Of a stretch of 64,000 nt of DNA, positions 11,051-21,097 are shown in pieces. Position 1 is the first letter of the stretch. Each line of letters starts with the position of its first letter. The stretch spans positions 53,131 through 117,130 of the forward strand of contig CAMPVQ010000001.1 in the NCBI GenBank assembly GCA_946997535.1. Direction: 5' to 3'. The notes beneath the pieces were generated by a model, which worked only from the letters and a program-made list of their open reading frames with translations, was not told where the DNA came from and made no database searches. The DNA comes from an uncultured Candidatus Saccharibacteria bacterium. Lineage in GTDB: Bacteria > Patescibacteriota > Saccharimonadia > Saccharimonadales > Saccharimonadaceae. The translations under genes were made by a program, and so were the position numbers.

Positions 11051-12471
11051 CAGCTATTCTTCTTTGCACCATTACTTTTGTTAAGCGTTTTCAGCCTATC
11101 TAGAGCACGTATAACGAATTTACCTGTCCTGGAATTATAAACCATATCAGGAACAGACTGCCAACTAAACTTCTTTCGTGGTAACTTACTGTATGGCGGA
11201 GTTGGGTCATCTATAATATACCTATATAGCATGTATGTATATACTGAAACCCATAACAACGTTATTGGTATCAAAAACGACGTAACAATTGGCACAATTG
11301 GCAAATACGAAATATTCAGCGATGTATCCATAAATATCGCACTCATCACTACAATTAGCCACACCAACACAACTGGGATTATCATCACAACTACACGCAT
11401 AAGTACCGCAGCCCTTCTGCCTGATATTAACTCTCTAGATAATTTCAAAGCCTGCAGAGGATACATTCCAGGCAAAGTAGTAATAATCATAGCCAATATA
11501 GTAGCCGACATCCAATAAAACGTTAGTACCGCAACTAATATCAGAGCACACCAAAAGGCCATATTCTCTATTTGAATACCGCTGTTAATCCACTGGGCTG
11601 CCGTAGCAGTGTAATAAAAAATGCTAGCAAACGCTAATGGTATAGCCTGAGCTAACATAATAGCAATCAACGCTAATTCACCAAACAGTGGGCTACCGCT
11701 ATTATATAGCCCATCGCGCAGGGCTAATTTGGTTTTACCATTATTAATTTTTCGACACAGCCATACTGCAATCATCCAACTATAAAACAACATGAGACCG
11801 AGCATAACTTGCTGACTAGCGTCAGGCGCAGTGCTAGCGCGCGAAATAGCTTGGGCAAATAACGCTGACCACTCATTCCAACCGCCTACTCCGTTATTCT
11901 CCAGCCCGTCTCTGAGTTCTCTTAAATTATGTTGGCTAAGGCCACCAACGATAAACAATACTATCGCACCCATAACTAATATGTATTTAATAAAGAGTCG
12001 CTTATTACTCCATATCAATCGCACTACCTCAATTGAGAACCCTATATATCCAGGCATTTTAATGCTACGACGGGCAAGCGTGGGGTCAGTAATAAATAAT
12101 GTTCGGTGCGGCGACAATTGCCGAACTTTAGTAGTCTTATGGCGCACAATGGCAACTAAGCGCTTTAAGAAACGACCAATTGCAAATACAGGAAGCAAAA
12201 TATTATATAGTACATGACTTTTTTTATAGATAGTAGAGCGTTCGCGTCTAGCAACATTCAGCTCAGTTCGACGCCTCGCTCGGTTAATCATTCTATCTAA
12301 TCTAGCGCGCTTATGCGCCAGCTTATTAGTAAGATTCTTTTCTGAGTGGACGGCCCACTCGGTTAAGCCCACACGACGTCGTTGTAAAAAACTTATATAT
12401 CTCGATTTTACTTCTATTGAATTATTTGCTGGACTATTTTTTTTATTATTACGATACTTATTGTCGCTCAT
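11050..12471 (-). CDS. Hypothetical polytopic membrane protein with an Arg/Lys-rich N-terminal cytoplasmic region
   Basis: About 170 aa basic N-terminus (RARLDRMINRARRRTELNVARRER) followed by about 8 hydrophobic helices. No family recognised. Confidence 0.5.
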
Positions 12472-12472
12472 A

Positions 12473-13348
12473 CTACATTTTATCCAAGCTATTCCTTAGT
12501 CTAGCAATTCTCTCGTCTAGTGGCGGGTGAGTCTGCAATATCTTATCCCACAAAGTCGGCTTGCTTGGGTTATTAAAATACAGTGGAGCCAAACCAGAAC
12601 GCTGACGGCGCATTGGCTTGCCATCAGTTTTTAGCTTCTCTAATGCACTAGCCAATCCCTCTGGGTCGCGTGTCATTAATGCACCAGATGCATCGGCTAA
12701 ATATTCTCGCTGACGCGACACTGCTAGCTGCAACAAAACAACAATAATCGGTGCTATAATAGAAATTATCATTAAAATTAATCCTATCCCACTTCTGTCG
12801 TTATCACGATCATCCCTATTACCACGGTAAAAATAGTAGATCAAATCACATAACATAGCTATGGCACTAGATAAGCCAAACACTATCATACTAACCCTGA
12901 TATCATAATTTTGAATGTGCGACAGTTCATGCGACATAACCGCCTCCAATTCCCGCTTATCCATAATATTGAGTAGTCCAGTAGTAACTGCTACATAGGC
13001 GTGTTGAGGGTTTCTGCCCGTAGCGAATGCATTTGGGGCATCATCATCTATAATAAATATTCGTGGCATAGGCAGCCCACTGGCAATACATAAGTTTTCA
13101 ACTACCCGCCACAATTCCGGACAATCTTTCTTGGCTATTTCATGCCCACCGCAAATTAACATTGCAGTACGGCTAGCAATAAAGTATTGCATCATAGCAT
13201 ATAAAATAAATCCGAGCATTACATATAATGCTATGCTATAATCTCTACCACAATAGCCCACTAGCCAACTAATTACACCACCAATAATAAGGAATACCAT
13301 CATAATAAGAACAGTATTCCTTTTATTGGCCTTGATGTTGCTATACAA
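12473..13348 (-). CDS. htpX: Zinc metalloprotease HtpX (M48)
   Basis: HELSH(x)... zinc motif HELSHIQNYD, N-terminal TM helices, TTG start with GGGGAG SD. Confidence 0.9.
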   Translation of the reverse strand: MYSNIKANKRNTVLIMMVFLIIGGVISWLVGYCGRDYSIALYVMLGFILYAMMQYFIASRTAMLICGGHEIAKKDCPELWRVVENLCIASGLPMPRIFIIDDDAPNAFATGRNPQHAYVAVTTGLLNIMDKRELEAVMSHELSHIQNYDIRVSMIVFGLSSAIAMLCDLIYYFYRGNRDDRDNDRSGIGLILMIISIIAPIIVVLLQLAVSRQREYLADASGALMTRDPEGLASALEKLKTDGKPMRRQRSGLAPLYFNNPSKPTLWDKILQTHPPLDERIARLRNSLDKM

Positions 13349-13359
13349 GCTTTACTCCC

Positions 13360-13953
13360 CTAAAATTTAACCTGCGGCGCCTCTTCAACTGTTGCGCGAT
13401 CTTCTACTTCGAAAAATTCACGTTGTTTAAAATTAAACATACCAGCAATCAAATTATTAGGAAAGGTCTGGATTTTGGTATTTAAATCGCGCACACCACT
13501 ATTGTAAAAACGACGAGCAGCTTGCACTTTATCTTCTGTATCGGTAATCTCATCCTGTAATGCACGAAAATTATCCGACGCCTTTAGCTCTGGATAAGCT
13601 TCAGCTACAGCAAATAGGCTCTTTAAAGCTGATTCAAACTGGCCCTCAGCCTGCGCCGTAGCCTTTGGCCCTTGAGCAGCGGCAGTCATCACTGCTGTAC
13701 GTGCTTTTGTAACATTCTCAAATACCTGACTCTCATGAGAAGCGTAACCCTTTACCGTCTCAACTAAATTAGGAATTAAATCAGCTCGACGCTTTAACTG
13801 TACGGTAATATCACTCCAAGCCTCATCAACGCGAACTCGCAACTTAATTAAAGCATTATAAACAGCAACAACAATAGCGATAACTACAATAAGCAATATC
13901 GCTAAAACTGCAATAATTAGAACGTTACTAGATAATCCAAGATTAGTATTCAT
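13360..13953 (-). CDS. lemA: LemA family protein
   Basis: N-terminal TM helix followed by NALIKLRVRVDEAWSDITVQLKRRADLIPNLVETVKGYASHE. The ATG at 13953 has a perfect SD AGGGAGGA; the longer track ORF start is unlikely. Confidence 0.85.
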   Translation of the reverse strand: MNTNLGLSSNVLIIAVLAILLIVVIAIVVAVYNALIKLRVRVDEAWSDITVQLKRRADLIPNLVETVKGYASHESQVFENVTKARTAVMTAAAQGPKATAQAEGQFESALKSLFAVAEAYPELKASDNFRALQDEITDTEDKVQAARRFYNSGVRDLNTKIQTFPNNLIAGMFNFKQREFFEVEDRATVEEAPQVKF

Positions 13954-14030
13954 ATATATCCTCCCTTTAAATGTCAAAGAATGACTCTCCTACAATAATA
14001 ACAAGCCAAATTACTCTTGTCAATTAAACA

Positions 14031-14966
14031 TTAATTATTTAGTTTATGGTGCGCCGGAAAGATATTTTTATCCATCGGAGCAAATGTATAGCCTTGTGCC
14101 TTATAATATTCAATTACTTTAGGCAATGCATCTACCGTAGTAGTTTTTACGGCCGTATCATGCGCTAGCATTACAATTTTGTTTGCATGGCAAGATGTAG
14201 CTTGCTTAATAATAGCAGCTGCTGGCACCCGATTAGCAGATGCATCGCCAAAGTCGCAGTTCCAATCGATATACTGATAACCACGGCGCTGCATCTCTCT
14301 AGTAATACGCGTCATGATACCTGGAGAATATCGTCGGCTAATAGTGTTACTTGACCCACCAGGCAAACGTACCATATATGAATGCTGGCCGATTAAATCA
14401 TATACCATATCATCAATCCGCTTTAAATCGGCAAAATAAGCTTGGTCAGACGAATAAACCTCTTGGTAACGATGCGTAAAGGTATGCAAACCAATAGTAT
14501 GCCCATGATCAAATGCCTCTTTAATGTAATGGTTATATGGTTGGCCATTGCCGGTCACAAAGAACGAGCCTTTAACGCCATACCGGTCCATAATATCCAT
14601 GATCTTCTTGGTATTTTCGCTTGGACCATCATCAAAGGATAGGTATACTACTTTTTTACCGTCATCAACATATGGCTTTGTTGGATCTACCGGTTTATTA
14701 CTATCCTGCGGCACAGGTTTATTCTTGCTATCATCAGATTTAGACTCATTATGGCTAGTATTATCAGCATTGTTCGTCTGAACAACATTGGCACTTTGCC
14801 TTGCTTCAACTTTATCGTTATGCTTTTGCGATAAAAAGAATGTGCCCGCCACTGCACACAATGCAACCGCTAGGGTAACTACTCCACCAATAATATACCA
14901 GCGCTTACTTTTAGACTTCCCTTGTTGATCTTGTTGGTTGTTAATACGATAACTATCCATGCCCAC
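14031..14966 (-). CDS. Polysaccharide/peptidoglycan deacetylase (NodB family), membrane-anchored
   Basis: NodB motif VVYLSFDDGPSENT with N-terminal TM helix and a GTG start. Confidence 0.8.
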   Translation of the reverse strand: MGMDSYRINNQQDQQGKSKSKRWYIIGGVVTLAVALCAVAGTFFLSQKHNDKVEARQSANVVQTNNADNTSHNESKSDDSKNKPVPQDSNKPVDPTKPYVDDGKKVVYLSFDDGPSENTKKIMDIMDRYGVKGSFFVTGNGQPYNHYIKEAFDHGHTIGLHTFTHRYQEVYSSDQAYFADLKRIDDMVYDLIGQHSYMVRLPGGSSNTISRRYSPGIMTRITREMQRRGYQYIDWNCDFGDASANRVPAAAIIKQATSCHANKIVMLAHDTAVKTTTVDALPKVIEYYKAQGYTFAPMDKNIFPAHHKLNN

Positions 14967-15031
14967 TTTATTTACTCCTATCTATTAGTAATAATATACC
15001 AAAATAATAAAAAATTAAAGACATAAAAAAT

Positions 15032-15048
15032 AAGGCTACTCGAGCCTT
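15032..15048 (-). terminator. Hairpin plus T-tract after tRNA-Leu(CAA)
   Basis: aaggctactcgagcctt, followed on the minus strand by ATTTTTTATG. Confidence 0.5.
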
Positions 15049-15057
15049 AAATAATTG

Positions 15058-15144
15058 TGGTGGGCGAGGAGGGACTTGAACCCTCACGAGCGTAAGCTCA
15101 CAAGATTTTGAGTCTAGCGCGTCTACCAATTCCGCCACTCGCCC
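15058..15144 (-). tRNA. tRNA-Leu (CAA), CCA encoded, long variable arm
   Basis: Anticodon loop CTCAAAA, variable arm TGAGCTTACGCTCGTG, T-loop TTCAAGT. Confidence 0.9.
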
Positions 15145-15188
15145 ATAGATGTTATTTATTTTAGCATACTAACACTAAAATATAAACC

Positions 15189-15262
15189 TGGAGGCACCTG
15201 TGGGAGTTGCACCCACCTACGAGGTTTTGCAGACCTCTGCGTAACTGATCCGCCAAGGCGCC
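15189..15262 (-). tRNA. tRNA-Cys (GCA), CCA encoded, atypical T-loop
   Basis: Anticodon stem GAGGT/ACCTC with loop CTGCAAA, discriminator U, T-loop TGCAACT (G at position 55). Confidence 0.85.
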
Positions 15263-15304
15263 AAATAAAATAGGCGATATAGATCGCCTAAATAGTCAAT
15301 ATAT

Positions 15305-15380
15305 GGTGCGGGTTAAGAGACTCTAACTCTCGACCTCATCCTTGGCAAGGATGCGCTCTAAACAACTGAGCTAAACCCGC
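15305..15380 (-). tRNA. tRNA-Gly (GCC), CCA encoded, atypical D-loop and T-loop
   Basis: Anticodon loop TTGCCAA, D-loop AGTTGTTTA (no G19) and T-loop TTAGAGT (A56). Confidence 0.8.
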
Positions 15381-15397
15381 AAAGATTGACATAAACT

Positions 15398-15426
15398 ATG
15401 TTATCAAACATTTAGTCTGGTGTCAA
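15398..15426 (-). promoter_or_regulatory. Candidate promoter TTGACA-17-TAACAT for tRNA-Gly
   Basis: Read on the minus strand; the -10 ends about 18 nt before the tRNA 5' end. Confidence 0.35.
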
Positions 15427-15547
15427 ATGTATTTTCTATTGGCGATATCACCCTATTAGTTGCAGTGCGTTACATCAGCACCTAAATATATAATATCACA
15501 TCAACCGCTTGATTCAAAAGAAAACATTACTAAAATTATACAAAACT

Positions 15548-15571
15548 AAAGCCACCCCGAAAGGTGGCTTT
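15548..15571 (-). terminator. Hairpin terminator after tRNA-Phe
   Basis: aaagccaccccgaaaggtggcttt followed by a T-rich stretch on the minus strand. Confidence 0.6.
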
Positions 15572-15611
15572 AGAAGTAAAAACACTATAAATGTACACTC
15601 TCTTAGCGCTG

Positions 15612-15687
15612 TGGTGGCCCATCCCAGACTCGAACTGGGGACACAAGGCTCTTCAGGCCTCTGCTCTACCAACTGAGCTAACGAGCC
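15612..15687 (-). tRNA. tRNA-Phe (GAA), CCA encoded
   Basis: Anticodon loop CTGAAGA, D-loop AGTTGGTAGAGC, T-loop TTCGAGT. Confidence 0.9.
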
Positions 15688-15710
15688 ACAACAGCGCCAC
15701 GAGCAATACT

Positions 15711-15741
15711 ATTATAGTACATCTTGCCCTATTTATGCAAA
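15711..15741 (-). promoter_or_regulatory. Candidate promoter TTGCAT-18-TATAAT for tRNA-Phe, overlapping the clpP stop
   Basis: Minus-strand -35 at 15741-15736 and -10 at 15716-15711. Confidence 0.4.
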
Positions 15742-16352
15742 TCTTTCTTTGACTTCTTTTCTAGCTTACTCGTAGCCCCAGACACGATATCATCGATTAG
15801 CCCATACTCCTTCGCTTCACTAGCAGTCATCCAATAATCTCGTTCCATATCTTGGTATACTTTGTCGCGGTTTTGACCAGTAGCTTCTGCTAAAATATCA
15901 ATTAAGGTATTTTTCAATGCTAATGTCTCGCGCAAGTCTATCTCCATATCAGTAAACTTACCAGTTGTACCAGATGATACTTGATGAATCATAGTCTTAG
16001 CGTGAGGCAGCATATAGCGCTTTCCTTTAGTGCCACTGGCCAATAAAACAGCACCCATCGAAGCCTGCAGCCCCACCCCAAAAGTCGCAACATCAGACTT
16101 AATTAAATTCATCGTGTCGACAATAGCCAAGCCATCATAAACTAGACCACCCGGAGTATTGATATAAAAGCTGATATCATCGTGGCTCTGTGAGTCCAAA
16201 AACAACAGCTGCGCCACTACTAGATTGGCAGTATCTGGGTTAACTTCATCGCCCAAGAAGATGATTCGGTCTTTTAGTAACCTAGAATAGAGATCAAAAG
16301 ACCGCTCACCATTAGTTGTCTTTTCTAATACAGTCGGTATCAAATAACTCAT
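15729..16352 (-). CDS. clpP: ATP-dependent Clp protease proteolytic subunit
   Basis: ClpP family sequence with catalytic Ser/His context and length; overlaps tig by 1 nt. Confidence 0.93.
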   Translation of the reverse strand: MSYLIPTVLEKTTNGERSFDLYSRLLKDRIIFLGDEVNPDTANLVVAQLLFLDSQSHDDISFYINTPGGLVYDGLAIVDTMNLIKSDVATFGVGLQASMGAVLLASGTKGKRYMLPHAKTMIHQVSSGTTGKFTDMEIDLRETLALKNTLIDILAEATGQNRDKVYQDMERDYWMTASEAKEYGLIDDIVSGATSKLEKKSKKDLHK

Positions 16353-17644
16353 TATTTCTTGCCTTTTTCAGCAAGTTCAACCAACTTTTCTAGAGCCTTC
16401 TTGGTTAGCATCTGCTGATTGATTTGCGCCAAATATTCTGGCGTCTTAAAATGTGCCTGCACCTTAGGGTTGTTAAACTGCTCAAGCATTCTCTTTTGCT
16501 GTTCAACAACCTCTTCTGGATCAACTGTAATCTTTTCCTTCTCGATAAATGCAGTCAAGACCATACTATTGCGAATTCGCTTTTCTGCAGCAGGCCTCAG
16601 TTCAATCTCAACCCACTTATCTTCAGTTAAGTTCTTCTGCTTGAGATATTTATCGAGATCTAGCCCACGATACATTAAGCCTTCTGTAAAGCGCTTTTTC
16701 ATTTGTGGAATTTCGTCGTTTACTAAGACTTCCGGCACATCTACTTTGCTTTTTGCTGCGAGTTCGGTTAATAGCGCTTCTTCGTACTTCTGTTCAGCGT
16801 CAGCCATTTCGGTTTCAGCTAAATTATTCTTAATATCCTGCCTTAAATCAGCTACCGTCTTCAAGTCGGCCGCCATACTCTTAGCGAATTCGTCATTCAC
16901 TTCCGGTAATTTTAGCTCATTTACTTTAGACAGTTTAATCTTAAATGCAGATTTCTTACCGGCTAACTCAGGAGCGCCATATTCTTTTGGAAATGTTACA
17001 TTAACATCAAATTCTTCGCCAGCTTTATGACCGACAATACCATCCTCAAAGCCTGGAATAAACGAGCCCGAACCAAGCTTTAGGGCATAATTCTTTGCAG
17101 TACCACCAGCAAACTCTTTGCCATTAACTGAGCCGGCAAAATCGATAATTACTTCGTCGCCATTCTGCGCTGCACGTTCCACTTCAGTCTTTTCAGCAGC
17201 ATTCACGCGCAACCGGTCAATTACTTCATCAACCTGCTTGTCTGAAATCTCAGAGCTTGGCTTCTTAGTGGTTAATTTACTTGGATCACCTAACTTAACC
17301 TCTGGCATCAAGTCGAATGTAGCAGTGAACTCTAACTCCTGGCCAGGAACATATTTGGTTATCGACACAGTCGGTTGATTCAACGGCATCAAATTATCTT
17401 TTGTTATTACCTCACGAACAGATTCCGTAACACTCTCGTTAATCTCAGCCTCAGCTACGCGTGTTGGATCTAAATGCTGTTCTAGCACCCGCTCAGGTAC
17501 ATGGCCCTTACGAAAACCGGCAATCTTAGCATTACGGCCAAGACGATGCAATGCACGCTCGTGATTAATAGCCATCTTTTCACTGTTAACGGTAACGGTG
17601 TATTCCACCTTGTTCTTTGAAACTTCCTTCTTGTTGTAATCCAT
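16352..17644 (-). CDS. tig: Trigger factor
   Basis: 430 aa with a ribosome-binding N-domain, PPIase and C-domain; directly upstream of clpP as usual. Confidence 0.9.
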   Translation of the reverse strand: MDYNKKEVSKNKVEYTVTVNSEKMAINHERALHRLGRNAKIAGFRKGHVPERVLEQHLDPTRVAEAEINESVTESVREVITKDNLMPLNQPTVSITKYVPGQELEFTATFDLMPEVKLGDPSKLTTKKPSSEISDKQVDEVIDRLRVNAAEKTEVERAAQNGDEVIIDFAGSVNGKEFAGGTAKNYALKLGSGSFIPGFEDGIVGHKAGEEFDVNVTFPKEYGAPELAGKKSAFKIKLSKVNELKLPEVNDEFAKSMAADLKTVADLRQDIKNNLAETEMADAEQKYEEALLTELAAKSKVDVPEVLVNDEIPQMKKRFTEGLMYRGLDLDKYLKQKNLTEDKWVEIELRPAAEKRIRNSMVLTAFIEKEKITVDPEEVVEQQKRMLEQFNNPKVQAHFKTPEYLAQINQQMLTKKALEKLVELAEKGKK

Positions 17645-17673
17645 AATACTCCTTATTTTACCAGATATTACTA

Positions 17674-18963
17674 TTAACTGTTAACCCTTTGTGCTATTTC
17701 CGACACTGAAAGTTGTTCTTGGTCGCCAGTAGCAACATTTTTTAGCTGCAATTTACCTGCCGTAACTTCCGACTCGCCAACAAATACCATGTATTTAACA
17801 CCATGTTTAATTCCAGCCTTAATCCGCTTATCTAATTTCCGCTCCGTCGCATCAACTGCAACGTTAACACCGAGTTTGCGTAATTCACTAGCGTAATTCT
17901 CGGCTTCCAATAACAAGTTATCTGTCATTGGTAATAAATATACCGACACGTTGGTTGATAGCTCTGGCACAAGCTGATGTGCACGCAAGAACTCACCAAA
18001 CATCGTCTCACCTGGCGCTGCGCCAACTACCGGTAAGGTTTCCACGCCAAACATAGCGACTAAACCATCATAACGACCGCCACCAAACATAGCACGACGA
18101 TTCTCAGGCGCCTCATCAAATACCTCAAACACAACACCTGTATAATAGTCAAAACCACGCATTAGTCTAATGTCGTACTTGGCGTTATTGACACCTAATT
18201 TACGTAAATTGTTTAATACTTCTCGAACTGGAGCCAGCACATCACTCGACTTAATCTCAGCCGGCAAATCATCGATGGTATCAACCTTTAGTATTGCCGC
18301 CAACTTGTCTACAGCCGATTTATTGCTGCCAATAATCTCCTCAGCCAATTCGTCAAACGTCTCGCGTGGCAATTTATCAAACCGGTCTAGAAGTTTGATC
18401 ATACGTCCGCCTTGTTCAGCGTCAAGGCCAAGATAATTACTCATAATGTAGTTTGTTAGACGACGGTCATTTACTTTAATAGTAAACATATCGTCAGTAG
18501 CACCGAATTCCTTAACGATGTCATGCGCCATATGGATTATCTCAGTATCACCAGCAATACCTGGCTCGCCAAATAAATCAAAATTTAGCTGCCAGAATTC
18601 ACGTTCACGACCATGTTGCGGGCGCTCATAACGCATAAAATTGGCAATCGAATATAGCCGTATCGGCAATGGCATATCTTGTCGCCGCGCCGCCACCATC
18701 CGCGTAACAGATGGTGTCATTTCCGGACGAATCGCCACCTTACGCTCGCCGCGGTCACTAAATGCATATGTCTGCTCATTGACTATCTCTTCGCCACTTT
18801 TCGCCGCATACATTTCCAATGGCTCTAGCATAGGCGCCATGTATTCTTCATAGCCATACCGTTCTACCACCTTACGCCACCCAGCAAAAATGTACTCGCG
18901 CAATCTCATATCTTCAGGATACAAGTCGCGCATACCCCGCAAACTAGCTAAACCTAAACTCAT
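17674..18963 (-). CDS. hisS: Histidine--tRNA ligase
   Basis: Class II aaRS motifs IRPEMTPS and FMRYERPQHGREREFWQ, with a C-terminal anticodon-binding domain. Confidence 0.9.
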   Translation of the reverse strand: MSLGLASLRGMRDLYPEDMRLREYIFAGWRKVVERYGYEEYMAPMLEPLEMYAAKSGEEIVNEQTYAFSDRGERKVAIRPEMTPSVTRMVAARRQDMPLPIRLYSIANFMRYERPQHGREREFWQLNFDLFGEPGIAGDTEIIHMAHDIVKEFGATDDMFTIKVNDRRLTNYIMSNYLGLDAEQGGRMIKLLDRFDKLPRETFDELAEEIIGSNKSAVDKLAAILKVDTIDDLPAEIKSSDVLAPVREVLNNLRKLGVNNAKYDIRLMRGFDYYTGVVFEVFDEAPENRRAMFGGGRYDGLVAMFGVETLPVVGAAPGETMFGEFLRAHQLVPELSTNVSVYLLPMTDNLLLEAENYASELRKLGVNVAVDATERKLDKRIKAGIKHGVKYMVFVGESEVTAGKLQLKNVATGDQEQLSVSEIAQRVNS

Positions 18964-18967
18964 ACTC

Positions 18968-20926
18968 TTATTTTAGCACACGCCACACTGTTGCTGTATG
19001 TGCTGGCAAATATAACGTTATTTTACCATCCGATGGATAACTCATCTTCGTATCAATTCGTTCAAATCCACCATACCGATTATCATCTGTAGTTAATTCA
19101 ATATGATATTTACCGACAGGAGCGTCTATATCTACACCAGTATATGACGTATTCGAAAAGTTAAACACAAATAAATAATTATCACGTATATATGCAATAA
19201 TTTTTCGTTGCTCATCCACCAATAGGCACTTCAAACTACCGCTCAGCTTTTTAACCAAATTAATCATATCTCGGTCAAAATTATTCAACCACGAGAATTT
19301 CAATTTAGGATCATCCACTAAATGCCACTGGCGACGAGCATACTTATACGACCAATTATTACCCTCACGTGGAAAATCAATCCACTCCGGATGGCCAAAC
19401 TCATTGCCCATAAAGTTTAGGTATCCCCCAGCGTTAGTACTAGCGGTAATTAGTCGAATCATTTTATGTAGAGCAATGCCGCGATCGACTATTAAATTAT
19501 GATCTGATTTTTGCATATGCTCATACATTTCTTTATCTAATAGGCGAAAAATAATTGTCTTATCCCCCACCATTGCTTGATCGTGGCTCTCGGCATAATT
19601 AATTGTTTTTTCCTCAGCGCGATGCGAAGTTAGCTCATACCACAGCTTACCCATCTGCCAATCTTCATCCCGCTGGTCCTTTAGCATCTTAATCCATAAA
19701 TCAGGCGCACCCATATTAAAGCGATAATCAAAACCAATACCAGCCACATCAGATGAAGCAGCCATCCCTGGCATGGCACTCATGTCTTCGGCAATTGTTA
19801 TTGCATTAGAATTCACCTCATGCACCAAGGTATTTGCCATGGATAAATATGCTAAAGCATCCAGATCAGTATTGTCAGTAAAATAGTCCTTGTAAGATGT
19901 AAACGACTGGTTTAAACCATGATTATGATAAATCATACTCGTCACACCATCAAAACGAAACCCGTCAAAGTGATACTCATCCATGAAATACCGTAAATTC
20001 GATAGCAAGAAATGCACCACTTCTGGTTTGCCATAATCAAATAAACGAGAGTTCCACGCCTCATGCAAACCTGGCTTGAAATACTGGTTATAGTCACCAG
20101 CAAAATTACTCAAACCTTCGTTCTCGTTCTTAACCGAGTGCGAGTGCACCACATCCATCACCACCCGTAACCCCATACCGTGTGCCTCGTCAACTAGATG
20201 CTTTAAATCAGCTGGGGTACCAAAACGCGAACTCTCCGCAAAAAAGTTTGCCACCTGATAGCCAAAACTACCGTAATACGGGTGCTCCTGAATGGCCATC
20301 AATTGAACAGTATTGTATCCTAGCTGTCTTACTCTTGGCAAAACATTATCAATAAAGTCTTGGTACGTTGCCACTTGCTCATCTTCGCCAGACATGCCAA
20401 TATGAGCCTCATAAATTAGTTGTTGTTGTGGTTTAATCGGTGCTACATGCCGCCAATCATATTTTTTAGCCGGATTCCATACCGCTGCCGCAAACAATTT
20501 AGTTTTTTTATCTTGTAATACATATTCTGCATACGCCGGAATCCGTTCAGCGTCCCCACCATCCCAAAAAATATGTAATTTATAGTGATCTAAATGCTCT
20601 AGTTTATCCTCTGATAACTTTAGCTCCCATACACCATTTTCTAATGGATGAAACAGGTACGATAAATCATCCTGCCAATTGTTCTTGTCACAATGAAGAT
20701 ATATTTGACTAGCATGTGGCGCCCACTCCCGCATTACCCAACCGTAGTTAGTATGATGTAGTCCAAAGTATAAATGTCCTAGCGCAAAATTGGTAATACT
20801 ATTGTCGCCTAGAATTTCGCAACTTTTATCATATATATATTTTTGTCGATCAATCAACGTAACTCGATATGGTTTTAGCCAAGGATCAACTTTTAATAAC
20901 CTATCAACTACCACATCACTATTCAT
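18968..20926 (-). CDS. glgB: 1,4-alpha-glucan branching enzyme (GH13)
   Basis: Motif GFRFDGVTSMIYHNHG and a GH13 catalytic core; 652 aa. Confidence 0.85.
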   Translation of the reverse strand: MNSDVVVDRLLKVDPWLKPYRVTLIDRQKYIYDKSCEILGDNSITNFALGHLYFGLHHTNYGWVMREWAPHASQIYLHCDKNNWQDDLSYLFHPLENGVWELKLSEDKLEHLDHYKLHIFWDGGDAERIPAYAEYVLQDKKTKLFAAAVWNPAKKYDWRHVAPIKPQQQLIYEAHIGMSGEDEQVATYQDFIDNVLPRVRQLGYNTVQLMAIQEHPYYGSFGYQVANFFAESSRFGTPADLKHLVDEAHGMGLRVVMDVVHSHSVKNENEGLSNFAGDYNQYFKPGLHEAWNSRLFDYGKPEVVHFLLSNLRYFMDEYHFDGFRFDGVTSMIYHNHGLNQSFTSYKDYFTDNTDLDALAYLSMANTLVHEVNSNAITIAEDMSAMPGMAASSDVAGIGFDYRFNMGAPDLWIKMLKDQRDEDWQMGKLWYELTSHRAEEKTINYAESHDQAMVGDKTIIFRLLDKEMYEHMQKSDHNLIVDRGIALHKMIRLITASTNAGGYLNFMGNEFGHPEWIDFPREGNNWSYKYARRQWHLVDDPKLKFSWLNNFDRDMINLVKKLSGSLKCLLVDEQRKIIAYIRDNYLFVFNFSNTSYTGVDIDAPVGKYHIELTTDDNRYGGFERIDTKMSYPSDGKITLYLPAHTATVWRVLK

Positions 20927-20965
20927 ATAATCTATTTTATCATGATTAAGCTTATAAAATAAATA

Positions 20966-20981
20966 CGGGCAACTTAGCCCG
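20966..20981 (-). terminator. Short hairpin plus T-tract after tRNA-Leu(CAG)
   Basis: cgggc-aactta-gcccg followed by ATTTATTTTATAAG on the minus strand. Confidence 0.45.
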
Positions 20982-20991
20982 CAAATAAAGC

Positions 20992-21078
20992 TGGTGCGCG
21001 CGAGAGGACTTGAACCTCCACGAGCGTGAGCTCACTAGCACCTGAAGCTAGCGCGTCTACCAATTCCGCCACGCGCGC
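20992..21078 (-). tRNA. tRNA-Leu (CAG), CCA encoded
   Basis: Acceptor GCGCGCG, anticodon loop TTCAGGT, long variable arm. Confidence 0.9.
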
Positions 21079-21097
21079 GTGATTATATTATAACACA

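Noticed and set aside
13360-13977. Longer LemA ORF starting at 13977 (MTFKGRIYMNT...).
   Set aside because: The perfect SD AGGGAGGA lies inside that extension and precedes the ATG at 13953, so the shorter protein is the real one.
16419-17030. 203-aa plus-strand ORF antisense to tig. Similar antisense ORFs lie at 40230..40820, 45502..46140, 21711..22193, 2626..2976 and 31304..31603.
   Set aside because: They are low-complexity S/T/L-rich translations lying fully inside strongly supported housekeeping genes on the opposite strand. They have no SD and no family signal, so they are frame-shadow artefacts.
18968-20926. glgB as evidence of a glycogen operon.
   Set aside because: No glgA, glgC or glgP is adjacent. 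It is a single branching-enzyme gene between hisS and a tRNA and is not by itself a notable system.
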